DNA from: Flaccisagitta enflata
Lineage: Eukaryota
Reading direction: 5' to 3'
Length of the DNA: 64,000 nucleotides
NCBI GenBank assembly: GCA_965153355.1
Contig: OZ231126.1
Span: forward strand, 23,002,001-23,066,000
Shown: positions 26,094 to 39,768 of the stretch, in pieces
Layout of the letters: every line of letters begins with the position of its first letter
How positions within the stretch are numbered: the stretch's first letter is position 1
Notes under the pieces: generated by a model
Seen by the model: only the letters and a program-made list of their open reading frames with translations
Database searches by the model: none
What the model was told of the DNA's origin: nothing
Translations under genes and position numbers: made by a program

Positions 26094-26747
26094 ACAGACA
26101 GACCAGACAGACAGACGGACAAAGTCTCTTATAGAGTTGCGTGTCCGCAACTAAAAACAAATTTTCTGATTCCACATCGTTCTGAGAACCCCTGTGAAAA
26201 AAATTGGGATGAATTCTTTTTAGTTACGGACACGCAACTCTATAAGAGGCTTTGTCCGTCCGTCGGTCGGTCCGTCGGTCAGTCCGTCGGTTGATCGGTC
26301 GGTCGGTTGGTCCATGGACACGAGTCAAAAAGTGAGGAAATGAGCGTTTTAGAACATTTGCATTTCCGCCCCTGCCCACCCGTCCGCAACTGGTGGCCGT
26401 GTATCCGGCCTTGTTTATTTCAAAGCCGTGGAATTGAGATATTTTAAGTCTGGGAATCTTACCAATTAGGACAAACATCGCAAGTGATCGCGTGGGGAAT
26501 CCATAATGAAACTCACGAAAAAAATTGTTTTTCGTTGGATTTTTGTTCTCATAACGTTGGTAATAGTAGGTAAGTCACAAATAGGAAATTCATTTTTCCC
26601 CCCAACAGTTGGGGGATTGAAAAGATATCAATTGCATATTGTGCTCTTTGATCAATGATCTGGACATCTTTCAATTTGGGTATCTGTTCATATCGTGGGT
26701 TTGTTAATACTCGCGCATGTCAAAGGCTCGGGAGCAGTTGATATGAG

Positions 26748-26925
<178 letters not shown>

Positions 26926-27467
26926 GATTCTGTGCTCACGATTCTGTGCTCACGCAGAGTGAGCAAGCCAACTCATAACAGGTCTCACAACATTTAAATC
27001 ACATAAGTTGTTGATATAAATCGCTTGGATTAATTATGATTAAATTTTCAACACTTTTAAAATGGAGTTTTCATCTCTTTCCACCTAATTTTGTGGGACC
27101 TGTTTACTCATAACTATAGCTCTGTGTGTCAAAGGCTCGGGACCAAGTGACATGACCCTTCATGTGAAAACCATCGATGAGGAAACAAGAGATGGAAAAA
27201 AAGATCGGATCTCGCTTTTGGCAGTAGTTGAAGAGATCAAACCCAAACACAAGTTCTGGTGCCTAGTTACAAGCGTTTTCGCCTAAAGTGAGCTCTGATT
27301 ATCATCAACAAGCCCGACCGGGCAACGATGCGTCCGGACTGGGTCTCTGCATGTATTGATAATGTGACATATATGTATATGGAAAAACTGATAGAAAAAC
27401 AGACGGGAAAAACGACTGAGTAGTAAAGGAGGCTCTCAAAACATGTTGGTTGATAATTTGTTTCAAT

Positions 27468-27930
27468 GGGTGTGTTTCTACTCAAAGACACAAACGCGTT
27501 TCTAATGTGGGTTTTGCAAATCGCGATTTTACATCACTCTCCCTGAAAAAAAATTGAGGCATAAGGAAGATTGGAACCCTCTCCAAGTTGCCTTGTGAAT
27601 TCAGCTTCCTTAAATTTGAAGTTGACGCCCTTACCAACAACGCCACTAGGGTATTTTGGTGGCCTTTTTCTACAACTTTGTATCAATTTATGGGGGTTCA
27701 GTTCTGTAATGGCTAACTTATTCAATTGCCTCTCTATTAAACAAGTCTACCAGAAATAATTGTAGTCATATGAGTGAGTGTCTCAGTGGGGCAGGTGGTT
27801 AAGGTGTAAGCTTTTGAGCGTTCAATCCCTGCAAGAGTCCAATATTTTTTCAGGATGAGGGTGGTGAAAATCGCGAATTGTAAAACCTACCTGAAAAACT
27901 TGTTTCTGGCTTTGAGTAGAAACGCACCCC
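27468..27930. mobile_element. MITE with about 90-bp inverted arms and an internal tRNA-like segment
   Basis: gggtgtgtttctactcaaag ... ctttgagtagaaacgcaccc; interrupts a HINE whose uninterrupted copy lies at about 47800-47986; A/B-box-like sequence at about 27783-27830. Confidence 0.75.
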
Positions 27931-28172
27931 TTATAGGATCTCACCGTGGCTAAAAACAGACAAGAAACGCGGTTTTTGCACAAGCGACGGACCAACCGAT
28001 GGACTGACCAACCAAAGGACAGATGGACGGACAGACCCTCTTATAGAGATGCGTTCCTGACGGACGCATCTAAAAAGGAGAATGAGAGGAAAGTGAGACA
28101 GACAGACAGCCAGACAAACATGCTCAGGGGCCCAGTACCGTGCCAACTTAATGTGAACACTTAGTTTCAAAG

Positions 28173-28267
<95 letters not shown>

Positions 28268-28612
28268 AACATTTGCATAAACAGAAAAACAAACAAAGAG
28301 ACACAGGGTTGATGTACCATTTTGACAACATCCACCATTTTTGCTGAACTAGTCAAAGCGGCCTATTCACTGAATCACGAAAGAAAATCTCAAAAATAGG
28401 CCTGTCAAGACTAATTTCACTGAAGCACGACTTCGTGCTTCAGTGAAATTGGTATTCGTGATTCAGTGGATTGATGCCTTACCTCTGTTCGTGCATTAGT
28501 GGATTGATACTTAACCTCCATTCGCGATTCAGTGAGAAATAAACTCACCCTTGTCTGCTCTCCGCATAGGCTGGTGAATTTTCAGTAAGTGGAGGAAACG
28601 GGTATGGCATAA

Positions 28613-29228
<616 letters not shown>

Positions 29229-30246
29229 AGACCCAAAGAAAAATGGGCGTTTTAACCGACCAAAAGACACTGCGAGTTATCGAGTCAAGTGGCTAGCGAC
29301 TAAGAAAGAAAGTGGAGAGAAACCAGTAGCCCACGATTACCAAAAAGTTGAAGATGGGTAGGACGAGGGACTGTGCATTACAGACTTCCAGGAAGACGGA
29401 TGGATGGACAGATGGGTGGAAAGATGGATGGACCAAAAGCCTCTCTCAGAGTGGCCTTTCACAATTAAATAAAGAATTTGAATGCAAGCGCTCAATTGTC
29501 ACCTCCTTATCCTCCTCGTCCAGCACGACCGACGCCACCATTAAATTCTACTTCCTTACTATTAACCAGTTTTTCAACGAGCCAAAACAAACACAAAATG
29601 GCGCCAACCAGACCTATCTACGTTAATTCATATAGGAATGACAATAAAAAAAGACAAATTGTCAACGAATTCAAATTGATATGTCTCATCTAGCAGATTT
29701 TCATCTGATCCCTTCTTAAATTTTTATAGAGTTCATGCGACTCTATAACCCGCTGTCTGTCTGTTGGTCTGTCCGTCGGCATGTCCGTCATTGTTAGCTT
29801 TTTCGGCATAAATTTTTGTTTACCCTTTTTATTACCCTCCCTGCCCACTCGAACGCGACTTTGCTAGCCGTGCTTCTGGCATTGTATGTGAAATAATGCT
29901 GGATACATGTTTCTTAGTTCAAAAACTCAAATCAAAGATGGTTATGAATATGACGTTATTTCTCAACAACTAACCTTGGGGAAATAAAAAAAAGGCAGAA
30001 TTGGCGGATGTTTAAAACCTTTCTTTTGAACCATAATCTGAGCCGGACTTAGCTACCGCGGGGCCCTAGGCTTGACAGCTACCGCGGGGCCCCCTAGCCC
30101 CCCCCCCCTTGCTGCATAATTTACCACCCCCTCCCTCCTCTCATAACAAGTTGATCGAAATTAGAAAGGTAGTAAATTTTCTAAGCATAGGAACCTACAA
30201 TAAATCCCAACTCCAATGATTTTAAGGGATTAAGAAATTTCTTCTG

Positions 30247-30758
30247 TTTTTTTTTTTAACAAATTTCTATCAGGGTATTCGGGTCCCAATAGGACCGTAC
30301 CCCTCTGCCCAATGATTCACAGGCAAGTAAGACACGTCTGGCTTTGAACACCGATCATACATCGAACTGTTAATCTGCGCCTCTGATGGTATTGAGGAGA
30401 ATCACGAGCAGGCTACTGCTTAGATAGTATTTATAGAGCAGAAATGAGGCAGCAAATTTCACTCCACTCTGATGCCGTGAATGGCGGCCTCCCGAGGTTC
30501 GACTCTCGCCCTCCCCGCAGAAGGCCTTGACAAACCGGCCATTATTCCCTTCCCTGCCACCCTTCCAACCCTCCCCGCTAGCTAGCTACAGTTATCTAGA
30601 ACACCAGCCTCCGCCAGTGTATCTAGTAACCCGTCGCTGAGCCACTTCAGCGGGGCAGATCCTTAAACCTTCGTTAAAGGACCTGCCATGCGCAGGACTC
30701 GAACCCGCCACCCAGTGGGCCAACGGCGGGCTCGCTACCACTGTGCTAACCCCCCCCC
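30247..30758 (-). mobile_element. tRNA-derived SINE
   Basis: - strand head with A box TAGCACAGTGG and B box GGTTCGAGTCC, about 430-bp GC-rich body, poly(A) tail (T-run 30247-30257). Confidence 0.75.
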
Positions 30759-31777
30759 AAGAACGCGTATTCTACAGGACTTAGTCACCTTCGGGGCCAA
30801 AAAGGAACAGCCCCACTGTGCAGACTTGCTCTGATTCCAGTCCGCTCAACTTTGAGAGGGGTATAAGTTGCATGCTACACGACTCTATACCCTGCCTTGT
30901 CGGTCGGTCGGTCGGTTACGGATGTTCACCCAGTGGGTAGGTGGGTTGGTCGGTCAGTGGGTCGGTTGGTCGATTGGTCGCCCAGTGGGTTGGTTGGTGG
31001 GTCGGTTGGTTGGTCGGTCGGTCAGTCAGTGGGTCGGTTGTTTGTTTGGTTGATTGGTTGTTTGGTTGGTTGGTCCGTTGGTTGGTTGGTTGGTTGGTTG
31101 GTCCGTTGGTGAGTCCCCTTTTCACTTTTTTTGCGTTTTTGAGCTTTTTGAGGTAACTGCTCCTACCCGAATGCCCTTGTAACCTTTTCTATCACTCAAG
31201 AAGAAGAATATAATGGAAAAAAAGGAATAAGACCAAGAAGAAGACAAAAAGAGGACAGCTTGAAGAGCAAGATAAAGAAAAGAAAAAGAAACGAAAAACA
31301 TGGAAAAGAAGAACAAGTGACGCGGGGTCACAATATCGTTGCGGACGGGTGGGCAGGGGCTTCCAACCTCCAGCCTTACCCCAACCACACCCTAAACCCC
31401 CCTCCATTACACTCAAACACAAACAATACCAACCGCAGCATCAAAAGTACGCGCTTTTCGCGTTTTCAACTCAAGCGTGACAACTCAAGCGTGACGGACG
31501 GACCAACGGACCGACGGACGGACGGACGCACGGACGCACAAAGCCTCTTATAGAGTTGCGTGACCCTAACTAAAAAGGAGGAAAAGAAGAAAAAAAAAAC
31601 AAATAAGAAAAAGAATGGCAGACAAGGTATCAGCGCTCGGAAGCTACAAGAAGAAGAAGAAGAAAAAGAAGAAGAAGAAGAAGAAGAAGAAGAAGAAGAA
31701 GAAGAAGAAGAATAAGAAGAAGAAGAAGAAGAAGAAGGAGAAGGAGGAGGAAAGATGAAGAAGAAGAAAAAGAAGAA

Positions 31778-31812
<35 letters not shown>

Positions 31813-31820
31813 AGAAGAAG

Positions 31821-31851
<31 letters not shown>

Positions 31852-33117
31852 TGAAGAAGAAGAAGAAGAAGAAGAAGAAGAAGAAGAAGAAGAAGAAGAA
31901 GAAGAAGAAGAAGAAGAAGAAGAAGAAGAAGAAGAAGAAGAAAACAAAGAAGAAGAAAAGAAAGAGAAAAAAGAAAAAGAAAAAGAAAAAGAAAAAGAAA
32001 AAGAAGAAGAAAACGAAGAAAAAAAAGGAAAAAAAGGAGAAAAAAGAAAAGAAGTAAAAGAAGAACAGAAAGGAAGGAAAAAAAGAAGTCGGGAATAGTA
32101 AAGAGGCAAGTCGTAAACAAAAGACTTCTTTATTGTAGGATAAAATGAACGCTTCGCACCGGTCGCTTTAACATATGTTTTTTTCTGCAGACAGACAGAC
32201 CGACCGACCGACCGACTTACACAGGGCAAGTTCTAGAGTCACGTGAGTAGCGAATTGAACTCGCCATAAAGAAAAAGAGAAAGATTGGTGCGCACGATTT
32301 TAATTGTCAGTCAAGAATGAAAATCGACAGGAAATTTCTCAAGCCAAAGAAAGGAATGACCTTCGATACCGGTAAAATGGATAACAAACGAAATAATGAG
32401 AATAAGATCGCGGTCACGCATATCGATAGGATTCAGGACTTCCTTTCAGCCAAAAAATAGTTTCCATGAGAAAGTATTTTGAGAACAAGGCCGTATACAC
32501 GAGCCAAAGTCGCGTGCGGGTGGGCAGGAGCGGCGAAAAGCTAAGCGTGACCGACGGACAGACCGACGGACAGACCGACGGACAGACGGACAGAGTGGGT
32601 TGTAGAGTCGCGTGCACGCGACTAAAAATCGAAAAAGAAAACGATAGATAAAGTGACCAAATTCACATGAGATAAGAAAAAAAATACCCACCTCCAACAC
32701 TCAAACTTACACAATAGTCGCGAAAGCGTTAGGTGAGCAGTAGTACCCGTGCCCTGCCTAAGCTGATTGTTCTAGAAATTGACGGAGGGAGCTGGGCAGT
32801 GGCCCAGAAGGCCTTGAGGCTGGGATTTGGGCCTCGAGGCTAGGATTTTAGTCAGGGAGGGGAGGACAGACGTAAAAGAAGAAGGAGAAATTTCCCCATG
32901 TGTGAAAGCATAGGTCATCGACCCCTTACAGGCCGCTGCCCAAAAAGTATCTAAAACGCTCGTTTCCCCACTCTTCAACTCGATGACCAAACCATACCTT
33001 TGAAAGATAGAATCGAGGTCAAGCTTTTTAATGTAATCGCCGGGCATTCTAATCCAAGCTACTGACTACTGAGTGTTGTAACAATATCCCTCACTACACC
33101 ACAAAAAAATAACGAAG

Positions 33118-33183
<66 letters not shown>

Positions 33184-33187
33184 GCGT

Positions 33188-33220
<33 letters not shown>

Positions 33221-33352
33221 CGTGTGTGTGTGTGTGCGCGTGCGTGCATGTCTGAGGCCATGAGGGAAGTCTCGTAGTAGGTCCGAATACATTTGATCGA
33301 GTGAAGCTTTAGGATGGACAAATTGTAGAATCTAAGTGTATCAGGTCCTCTT

Positions 33353-33400
<48 letters not shown>

Positions 33401-33613
33401 TGAACAACGATTGACTATCTTTTTTAGTCGCGGACAATCGACACTACACCTCGCCGTGTTGGTCGCTATGTTGATCTCTTGGTCCGTCCATCACACTTTT
33501 GAATTCCAAGCGGTTTTGGCATAACTGCTCCTGCTCAACCTTCCACGACTGGTTTGCCGTGTATCGGACCTTCTTACTTTCGAAGTTGATTATTGATGAT
33601 TATTGATGGCGCG

Positions 33614-34545
33614 CACTATGCGCCGATATGACACCAAAATCCACTATGTGCTCAACTACAGCTAAAAACTCTAAAAATCAAATAATATTTTATTTAAGGT
33701 AAATAGATAAAAAATGAAATTGAAGTTATGAAGGGGTAATCATGAAATATCAATTAAGCATACAATTTGCATTGTTGTTTTGGTTGAGTTGATAGAATCT
33801 GTATTTTTGCATTCATTCATTAGCACTTTTTTTATTAGTTCTTAAATGCAAAGATCTTATAAATCTTAGAAAAATGTCTCATTGCATCCAAAGTTTTTTA
33901 CAAAAAAAATTCATTGAAAATTTTTTTTGCAGAAATATTTTTTTTTTGCAGAGAAATTTTTGCATCAAATTTTTTTTGCATCAAAAATTTTTTTGCAATA
34001 AAAAAATTTTTGCATCAAAAATTTTTTTTGCATAAAAAATTTGTTTGCATTAAAAATTTTTTGCATTTAAATTTCTTTTGCATTAAAAATTTTTTTCGCA
34101 TCAAAAATCTTAGCATCAAAATTTTTTGTCATAATAAATTTTTTTCAAAATTTTTTTCGTCAAAATTTTTCTTTTGTCAAAAGATTTTAGCATCAAAAAT
34201 TTTTTTTGCCATTAAAAATCTCTCTTTTTAAAAACGATCTTTTTTCAATAATTTTTGCATCAAATTTTCTTCTCCTTCAAATTTTTTTTGCATGAAAATT
34301 TTCCTTAAATTTTATTGTAAGATTTTTAGCATTTAAGAAAATCTACAATTTATACATTTGATGTAGGTTAAAAAAATTTGTTTTGATCAGTCTTAAGCAT
34401 GCACTAATTTGAGTTGAATCTTATAACATAAAATATTTTTGAGAAAATCTTTTATTGTTTTTTCTTAAACAATATTATTTGATTTTTGTTTAATTTTAGT
34501 ATAATTTAGCAAATAGTGCATTTTGTGTCATTACGGCGCATAGTG
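33614..34545. mobile_element. Foldback element with CACTATG termini and AT-rich core repeats
   Basis: CACTATGCGCCG.ATGACAC.AAAT.CACTAT at both ends in inverted orientation, with weaker similarity further in; core of aaaatttttttgcatc repeats (33890-34300). Confidence 0.7.
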
Positions 34546-34655
34546 GGCCATCGAATCCACGGCATTGGCGACAATCAACGTCGAAAGCAAAAACGTTAAA
34601 ATTCGAAGTCCAACAAGAAATAAATCCATAGAGAGAGAGAGAAAGAGAGAGAGTA

Positions 34656-34701
<46 letters not shown>

Positions 34702-34906
34702 CTAAATACAGGATTTTTTGTTGAAGAATTAGTGCATTTCATTTCCATTGAAGCACGACAACAGAATTTTATCAATGATTTCCCATTTCACTGAAGCACG
34801 AACTTCAAAAAGGCCAGTTTTGTCTTTTTCCACTGAAGCACACCATCGTGCTTCAGTGAAAAACTATTTAACTTAAGCACGAATTACGTGCTTAAGTGGA
34901 TGCCCC

Positions 34907-35150
34907 GTCAAAGCCTTTGGCATGTGCCGGTGGACGGGTACCGTAGAGGACAGGCGAAGAGATACTAATACTAATTTGGTCATTGGGCAGGGGCAAGACA
35001 ATTACGAAAATGTTAAGAAAAACAAATTATGTCTGGAAGACATTGAGGCACATTGTTGGATGGACATGAACCTGATAAAGGTTGTTCAATTATTTCTCTC
35101 TCCTCTCAGATTATTTCTACAACAGATACAAATGGTCCACTTCGACAGCC
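34907..35150 (+). pseudogene. Degenerate piggyBac-like transposase fragment (continues from 28310-28359)
   Basis: Joining across the TSD gives (F)DN/TSTIFAELVKAFGMCRWTGTVEDRR...IEAHCWMD...KVVQLFLS, then YNRYK in another frame; same order as piggyBac motifs DNxxTS, TGTVRxNR, WxDxKxV, YNxxMGGVD. Confidence 0.45.
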
Positions 35151-36647
35151 CATTTCCCTCAAGGAGCCTCCTCTTCATCAGCACCTCCTAACTTCTCTTC
35201 AACTTCTGCTTCGAAAGTGCGTTTTCCAAAAGTTGACGACCCAGGATCCTCGTCTACAACGTGGTCACCATTGACATTACATCCATCATCAACCACAGTG
35301 CCATTAATCTCGTCTGCAACACAGGCGTTGACATCGTCTCCGGCACTGTCTTCCTTCGTTGTAAGTTTAACAGCACCATCATCCTCATCTACAACACAGG
35401 TGTTGACTTTGTCTCCAGTGCTTTCTTCCTCAGTTGCAACTTCAACAGCACCATCATCCTCATCTGCAACACAGGTGTTGACTTCATCTCCAGCGCTTTC
35501 TTCCTCAGTTGCAACTTCAACAGCATCATCATCCTTGTCTGCAACACAGGTGTTGACTTCGTTTCCAGCGCTTTCTTCCTCGGTTGCAACTTCAACAGCA
35601 CCATCATCCTTGTCTGCAACACAGGGATTGATATCGTTTTCGGCGCTTTCTTCCTTGGTTGCAACTTCAACAGCTCCATCATCCTCATCTACAACACAGG
35701 TGTTGACTTCGTCTCCAGCACTTTCTTCCTCGGTTGCATTTTCATCAGCACCATCATCCTTGTCTGTAACACAGGTGTTGACTTCATCTCTAGCCCTTTC
35801 TTACTTGGTTGCAACTTCAGCAGCACCATCATCCTCGTCTGCAACACAGGTGTTGACTTTGTCTCCAGCGCTTTCTTCCTCGGTTGCAACTTCAACAGCA
35901 CCATCATCCTCTTCTGTAACTCAGGTGTTGACTTTGTCTCCAGCCCTTTCTTCCTTGGATACAACTTCAACAACACCATCATCCTTATCAACAACACAGG
36001 TGTTGACTTTGTCTCTGGCGCTTTATTCCTCGGTTGTAACTTCAACAGCACCATCATCCTTGTCTGCAACACAGGTGTTGACTTCATCTCTGGCGCTTTC
36101 TTCATCAGTTGCAACTTCAACAGCACCATCATCCTTGTCTGCAACACAGGTGTTGACATTGTCTCGGGCACTTTCTTCCTCGGTTGCAACTTCAACAGCA
36201 CCATCATCCTCGTCTGCGACACAGGTGCTGACATCGCTTTTGTCTTCATCTATTTCACCAACGGTTTTGTCCTCAACCTCAATCTCTTCAACGCAGCCTA
36301 GGATTTCTGCAACCAAGGCCTCCAAAATTCCCTCTACTTCAGGGTTATCATCGTCAGTGGCAACAGCTACAAAGCCAACAACATCAATGCCCCATACCTC
36401 GGCCGTATCCACTCGATCATCTTCAACTGCTGTGTCTCAGGCGTCCTCTGGTTTTACATCTCCAAGAACAGCAACAACAACATCTCCAAGGAATTTGCTG
36501 GGATTCATAATACCCATTGTTCTTTTACTCATAGTCATCATTGCGGTGACTTATCGAAGAAACAAAGAAACAAGGCCAACACCTATACTTGCGAGACACT
36601 ATACTTATACACCTTTAAGTCGCCTGGAAGACTTCCACTTAGAATGA
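35082..36647 (+). CDS. Ser/Thr-rich mucin-like ORF with 25-aa repeats and a C-terminal hydrophobic segment (coding strand uncertain)
   Basis: 521 open codons, possible acceptor at 35108-35109, LLGFIIPIVLLLIVIIAVTY-RRNK. The antisense frame reads as a plausible acidic protein with stops, and the last codons run into a family-A element at about 36569. Confidence 0.35.
   Translation: MFNYFSLLSDYFYNRYKWSTSTAHFPQGASSSSAPPNFSSTSASKVRFPKVDDPGSSSTTWSPLTLHPSSTTVPLISSATQALTSSPALSSFVVSLTAPSSSSTTQVLTLSPVLSSSVATSTAPSSSSATQVLTSSPALSSSVATSTASSSLSATQVLTSFPALSSSVATSTAPSSLSATQGLISFSALSSLVATSTAPSSSSTTQVLTSSPALSSSVAFSSAPSSLSVTQVLTSSLALSYLVATSAAPSSSSATQVLTLSPALSSSVATSTAPSSSSVTQVLTLSPALSSLDTTSTTPSSLSTTQVLTLSLALYSSVVTSTAPSSLSATQVLTSSLALSSSVATSTAPSSLSATQVLTLSRALSSSVATSTAPSSSSATQVLTSLLSSSISPTVLSSTSISSTQPRISATKASKIPSTSGLSSSVATATKPTTSMPHTSAVSTRSSSTAVSQASSGFTSPRTATTTSPRNLLGFIIPIVLLLIVIIAVTYRRNKETRPTPILARHYTYTPLSRLEDFHLE
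35300..36245. repeat. 75-bp minisatellite, about 13 units
   Basis: Motif (t)gttgac recurs at 35326, 35401, 35476 ... 36226 with an exact 75-bp period. Confidence 0.95.
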
Positions 36648-37656
36648 CTAAGAATGACTAAGAATGACTTAGAATGACATAGTATACCCTTCAATGACCT
36701 AAAATTCTTTAAAGAAAAACGAGTAATAAACAGGCCCTAATTTAGAGCGTGCCTGTGTGCTTGAGGCACTCTGTTTTTGCAGATGGTGTGCCCGGCTGGC
36801 ACACTCTCTTCACAACAGGCCAACTGAATATTATAAATGTTGATATTTTTCATTTGATTGCTTAAAGAACGATTATCTATTTCCATTCACTGAAGCATTC
36901 ACTCATGCACTTATTCTTTGTTTTTTTTTTTCTGAGGGATAGAATCCCTTTGGTTTCATTTACAATTTGGAAATTTTTTTATAAATAAGAACTCAATCAA
37001 ATGAATGGATAATAGACCTCGGAATCTTTGATCCATATATTCATTCATTCAAAAATTGATTTGTGAGTTCATACATTTACAAGGGAGAATTCTTAATTTC
37101 TTAACTACAAAAATTATCAATTTCTGACTAATTCTGTATTTTCGGCATTTTCTGGCGAAATCGCTGTTTGTATCATTGCGTGGTATAATCAAGTGTGAAT
37201 ACAAAAGTGAGGTTGAAGCTTGGGCACGCTCATTCTCCGTCGGGCACGCTGAAATTGTGAGGAGCGTGCAACTGCTCGATGGAAACATTTTGATAAAATC
37301 ATTTTTTCTTTCAAGCAATTCTTTTAATAATAAGTATTTTCATGATAGATTTCCGGTTTCTGTACCCATTATCCCAGTTCTCACTAGTTGATGTCTTGGA
37401 GTTAACTGTCAGGATATTGGTAATTTTAACTATTTTACTGGCTAGTTAAAGTTAATTATTGCGGGTCCTGTGTTTTTTCCGCATAATTGTTGCGTGTTGG
37501 CATGACGCACGTGATTCTATTGTACAGCCTTGTCATTAGGCGCCGTATGGGAGTTTATGATTTTGGGGGTGCCATCTCCAATTTGTGAAATGACAACTTC
37601 TTTGTGTCGCAAACAATCTAATTGGTGATTTTTGTTTCTCTATATGTAAAGACACA

Positions 37657-37747
<91 letters not shown>

Positions 37748-38502
37748 AAGTGTGTCCCAACAAGGGGCCGCTATGGCGGCCCAGCGGTCCCTTGCCATAC
37801 GGCCCTGGTCATTAGTATCTTGTTCCTTTTTCATTGATCCCTTTCTCATTTAGAAGCAATGCCACTATCTCTTGATAAAGAACATTTAATTCCTCACATA
37901 AAAATTTGCCGCTTCTTCAATCCAAAGAAGATTACGTTAGTTAAGAATCGGATGAAAAATTTGCTAACTAGCTCAATGATAGATCAACAACAACAGCACC
38001 AAGCAACGTAAAAATTCGCTTGTCCCCTTGCGAGTAAAAGGTAACAGAAAATGGAACAAGAAACGAGAAGAATGCCAACAAGGCCGGATACATGACCAAA
38101 AAGCAGTCGCTGGCGGGTTGGCGGGGGCAGTATACTGAGGGGCAGGGCAGTAATACGAGTTGGTAGGGGCTCTATTTTGGGTGGGCAGGGGCTGTTATCT
38201 CCAGAAATTACCAATTTGGTCAATTTCGTATCATCCAAAATTTTGCGTTACGGACAGACCTTCAGACCCTCTTATAGAGTCGCTTAGCCAGCGACTAAAA
38301 AGAAGAAAAAAGAAGAAAAGAGACCATTGCAAAACGAACCATGTTTTTTCGTCAAAACATGCCATAGTAAGTTTGTGGCAAATTTGATTTTGAACGATGT
38401 CCTTGTCAAATATCTCTTTAAAATACATTGATTTTTAACATTTTGACACAGGGACAACAGCATCAATTGAATTTATCATTCCCTGATTATCATAACGGGT
38501 GG

Positions 38503-39284
38503 TTTTTGGGCAGCGGCCCCGAAGGGGACGAAGTCCTGTAGAACACAGGGGGAATCTGTCCGTCCGTCCGTCCGTACGTCCGTACGTCCGTACGTCCGTC
38601 CCCCCCCGCCCCATTCTCAGGGCTTTGTCTTCTTTGGAGTGCAAATCCAAGCAAAATGGCCCAAATCCAAGCAAAATGGCAAAATCCAAGCAAAATGGCT
38701 AAATTCTGGCTAGAAAACCTGAATTTTGGTCAAAATTCAATCATTTTGGCCCCTAAGATCTAGATCCTGGTTTCTAATACCCAGATTCTGGCCTCTAAAA
38801 CCCTAATCCTAGCCTCAGAGATCTAGATCTTGCTCTCTGTGACCCAGATTCTGGCCTCCAGGACCCAGGACCTGGCCTCAAGGCCCTAAATCCTGGCCTC
38901 AGAGACCCAAATCCTGGCCTCAGAGACTCCAACCCTGGCCTCTGAGACCCAGATTCTGGCCTCAGAGACCTAGATCCTGGCCTAATCCCCCCTCAACTTA
39001 ACCTACAAACTTCTCAAGAAGAGCAGGGGTACCCTTGTCCATATACTACCTTTTGTCATTTCTCCATGTTATTCAATGAGAGTTTGAATAACAGGGCTTC
39101 CTAGACAGAAGGAAGGCTGAGAGAAGGACGGACGGACGGATGGACGGACGGACAGATTCCCCCTGTGTTCTACAGGACTTCGTCCCCTTCGGGGCCGCTG
39201 CCCTGCTCCCCCTCAACCTAAATCACATACTACTCAAGCAGGGCACGGGTACCGCTGACCACTTACTGCCTTTGGGCTGCTATT
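38503..39284 (+). mobile_element. Full-length family-B non-autonomous Helentron-like element (HINE/DINE-1 architecture)
   Basis: Starts in a T-run; about 60-bp inverted repeat at 38508-38573 and 39142-39203 (second copy subterminal); (CCGT)n; internal 21-bp tandem repeats; 80-bp tail ending ctatt. Confidence 0.8.
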
Positions 39285-39532
39285 AAAAAGGTAGCTTTTA
39301 ATTTTTCTAATATTACTTTTTTTTTAGCTACCTAGATATGATCGTAGCCTACATGTTTCATCATGAACATTATTTATGAGGATCAATATTTTTCATTTTA
39401 TCTTTAAAAAACTGAATTGAATTAGGGACCACCTAAAGATTTTGCTTAAATTTGACTAAAAATCAATGATTTCGATAAAACTTACTTTTGAATGAAAATA
39501 TAATGGAAGTTGTACCGTTGAGGTTGAGGTTC

Positions 39533-39707
39533 AATTGATGAATCAGACATGGTGAAATCAACGTATGAAATTTTTTTTTAATAACCGAAAATTTTCGAAC
39601 AGTTCTCTGTTCTTCATCATGATGAAGAACAGAAAACTGTTCAAAAATTTTCAGTTATTTAAAACAAATTTTCCTATGTTGATTTCACCATGTCTAATTC
39701 ATCAATT
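39533..39707. repeat. Spacerless imperfect palindrome (about 87-bp arms)
   Basis: Centred on ttcttcatca|tgatgaagaa; outer arms aattgatgaatcagacatggtgaaatcaac versus gttgatttcaccatgtctaattcatcaatt. Confidence 0.88.
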
Positions 39708-39768
39708 TGAATGAAAATAGTCGAATATTAGTGGGTCTTAGGAAACTAAAATTACCAAGATTTTTAAG

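Noticed and set aside
27783..27840. tRNA gene
   Set aside because: Only degenerate A/B boxes, no cloverleaf, and embedded in a MITE.
35261..36301. 346-aa hydrophobic Cys-containing ORF
   Set aside because: Alternative frame of the 75-bp repeat; openness is explained by the repeat unit lacking stops.
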